Source: Octopus sinensis
Taxonomy: Eukaryota
Reading direction: 5' to 3'
Length of the DNA stretch: 64,000 nucleotides
Assembly (NCBI RefSeq): GCF_006345805.1
Contig: NC_042999.1
Span: 89,466,001-89,530,000 of the forward strand
Shown here: positions 63,808 through 64,000 of the stretch, in pieces
How positions within the stretch are numbered: position 1 is the first letter of the stretch
Layout of the letters: each line of letters starts with the position of its first letter
Translations under genes and position numbers: made by a program
The notes under the pieces: model-generated
Database searches by the model: none
Told to the model about the DNA's origin: nothing
The model's input: only the letters and a program-made list of their open reading frames with translations

Positions 63808-63917
63808 TTCCAGAAGTGTGTACATTGAATGATCAACAATACCCAATAGGAGCCACTTGGCACCCCGTACTTGCGCCCTTTGGAACCATGCCCTGTGCCA
63901 ACTGTACCTGTTTACCG
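63808..63917 (+). CDS. Chordin/chordin-like VWC (CR) domain exon, first half (PEVCTLNDQQYPIGATWHPVLAPFGTMPCANCTCLP)
   Basis: Acceptor gtctgttttctttttag, donor CCG|gtaagt, phase 1 to 0. The C-x9-G-x2-WHP-x3-PFG-x3-C-x2-C-x-C pattern is characteristic of chordin/CHRDL CR repeats. CHRD versus CHRDL cannot be settled from one exon. Confidence 0.9.
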
Positions 63918-64000
63918 GTAAGTAGATTATTTTTTTCTTAACTTGCGTTGTGTCGTTCAACCAGCTGCCCGCATTCAACCTATGTTCATGCAGAATTCCA

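Overview
AT-rich, microsatellite-dense eukaryotic genomic DNA. The SINE families and repeat landscape point to an octopod cephalopod (inference). Only one host gene is supported: two + strand exons of a chordin/chordin-like BMP antagonist, a signal-peptide exon (56990-57060) and the first half of a cysteine-rich VWC/CR domain (63808-63917). They splice in frame, and the gene runs off the right edge. The rest is intergenic or intronic and packed with mobile DNA: three mariners, a maT/DD37D element, a Tc1, a pogo-like element with a PHD finger, Merlin, hAT and unclassified MITEs, a Helitron-like element, a Gypsy provirus remnant, Tx1/L1-like and CR1-like LINEs, and at least four tRNA-derived SINE families. 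The most notable signal is six minimal type I hammerhead ribozyme motifs in four short Penelope-like repeat families. One family couples a tRNA-derived Pol III head to the hammerhead and sits as a head-to-head inverted dimer (45616-46070). A 5S rRNA/tRNA-SINE chimera and a 57-bp templated insertion are also present. Most ORF-track entries are microsatellite or repeat artefacts. All alignments and coordinates were read by eye; no searches were run.
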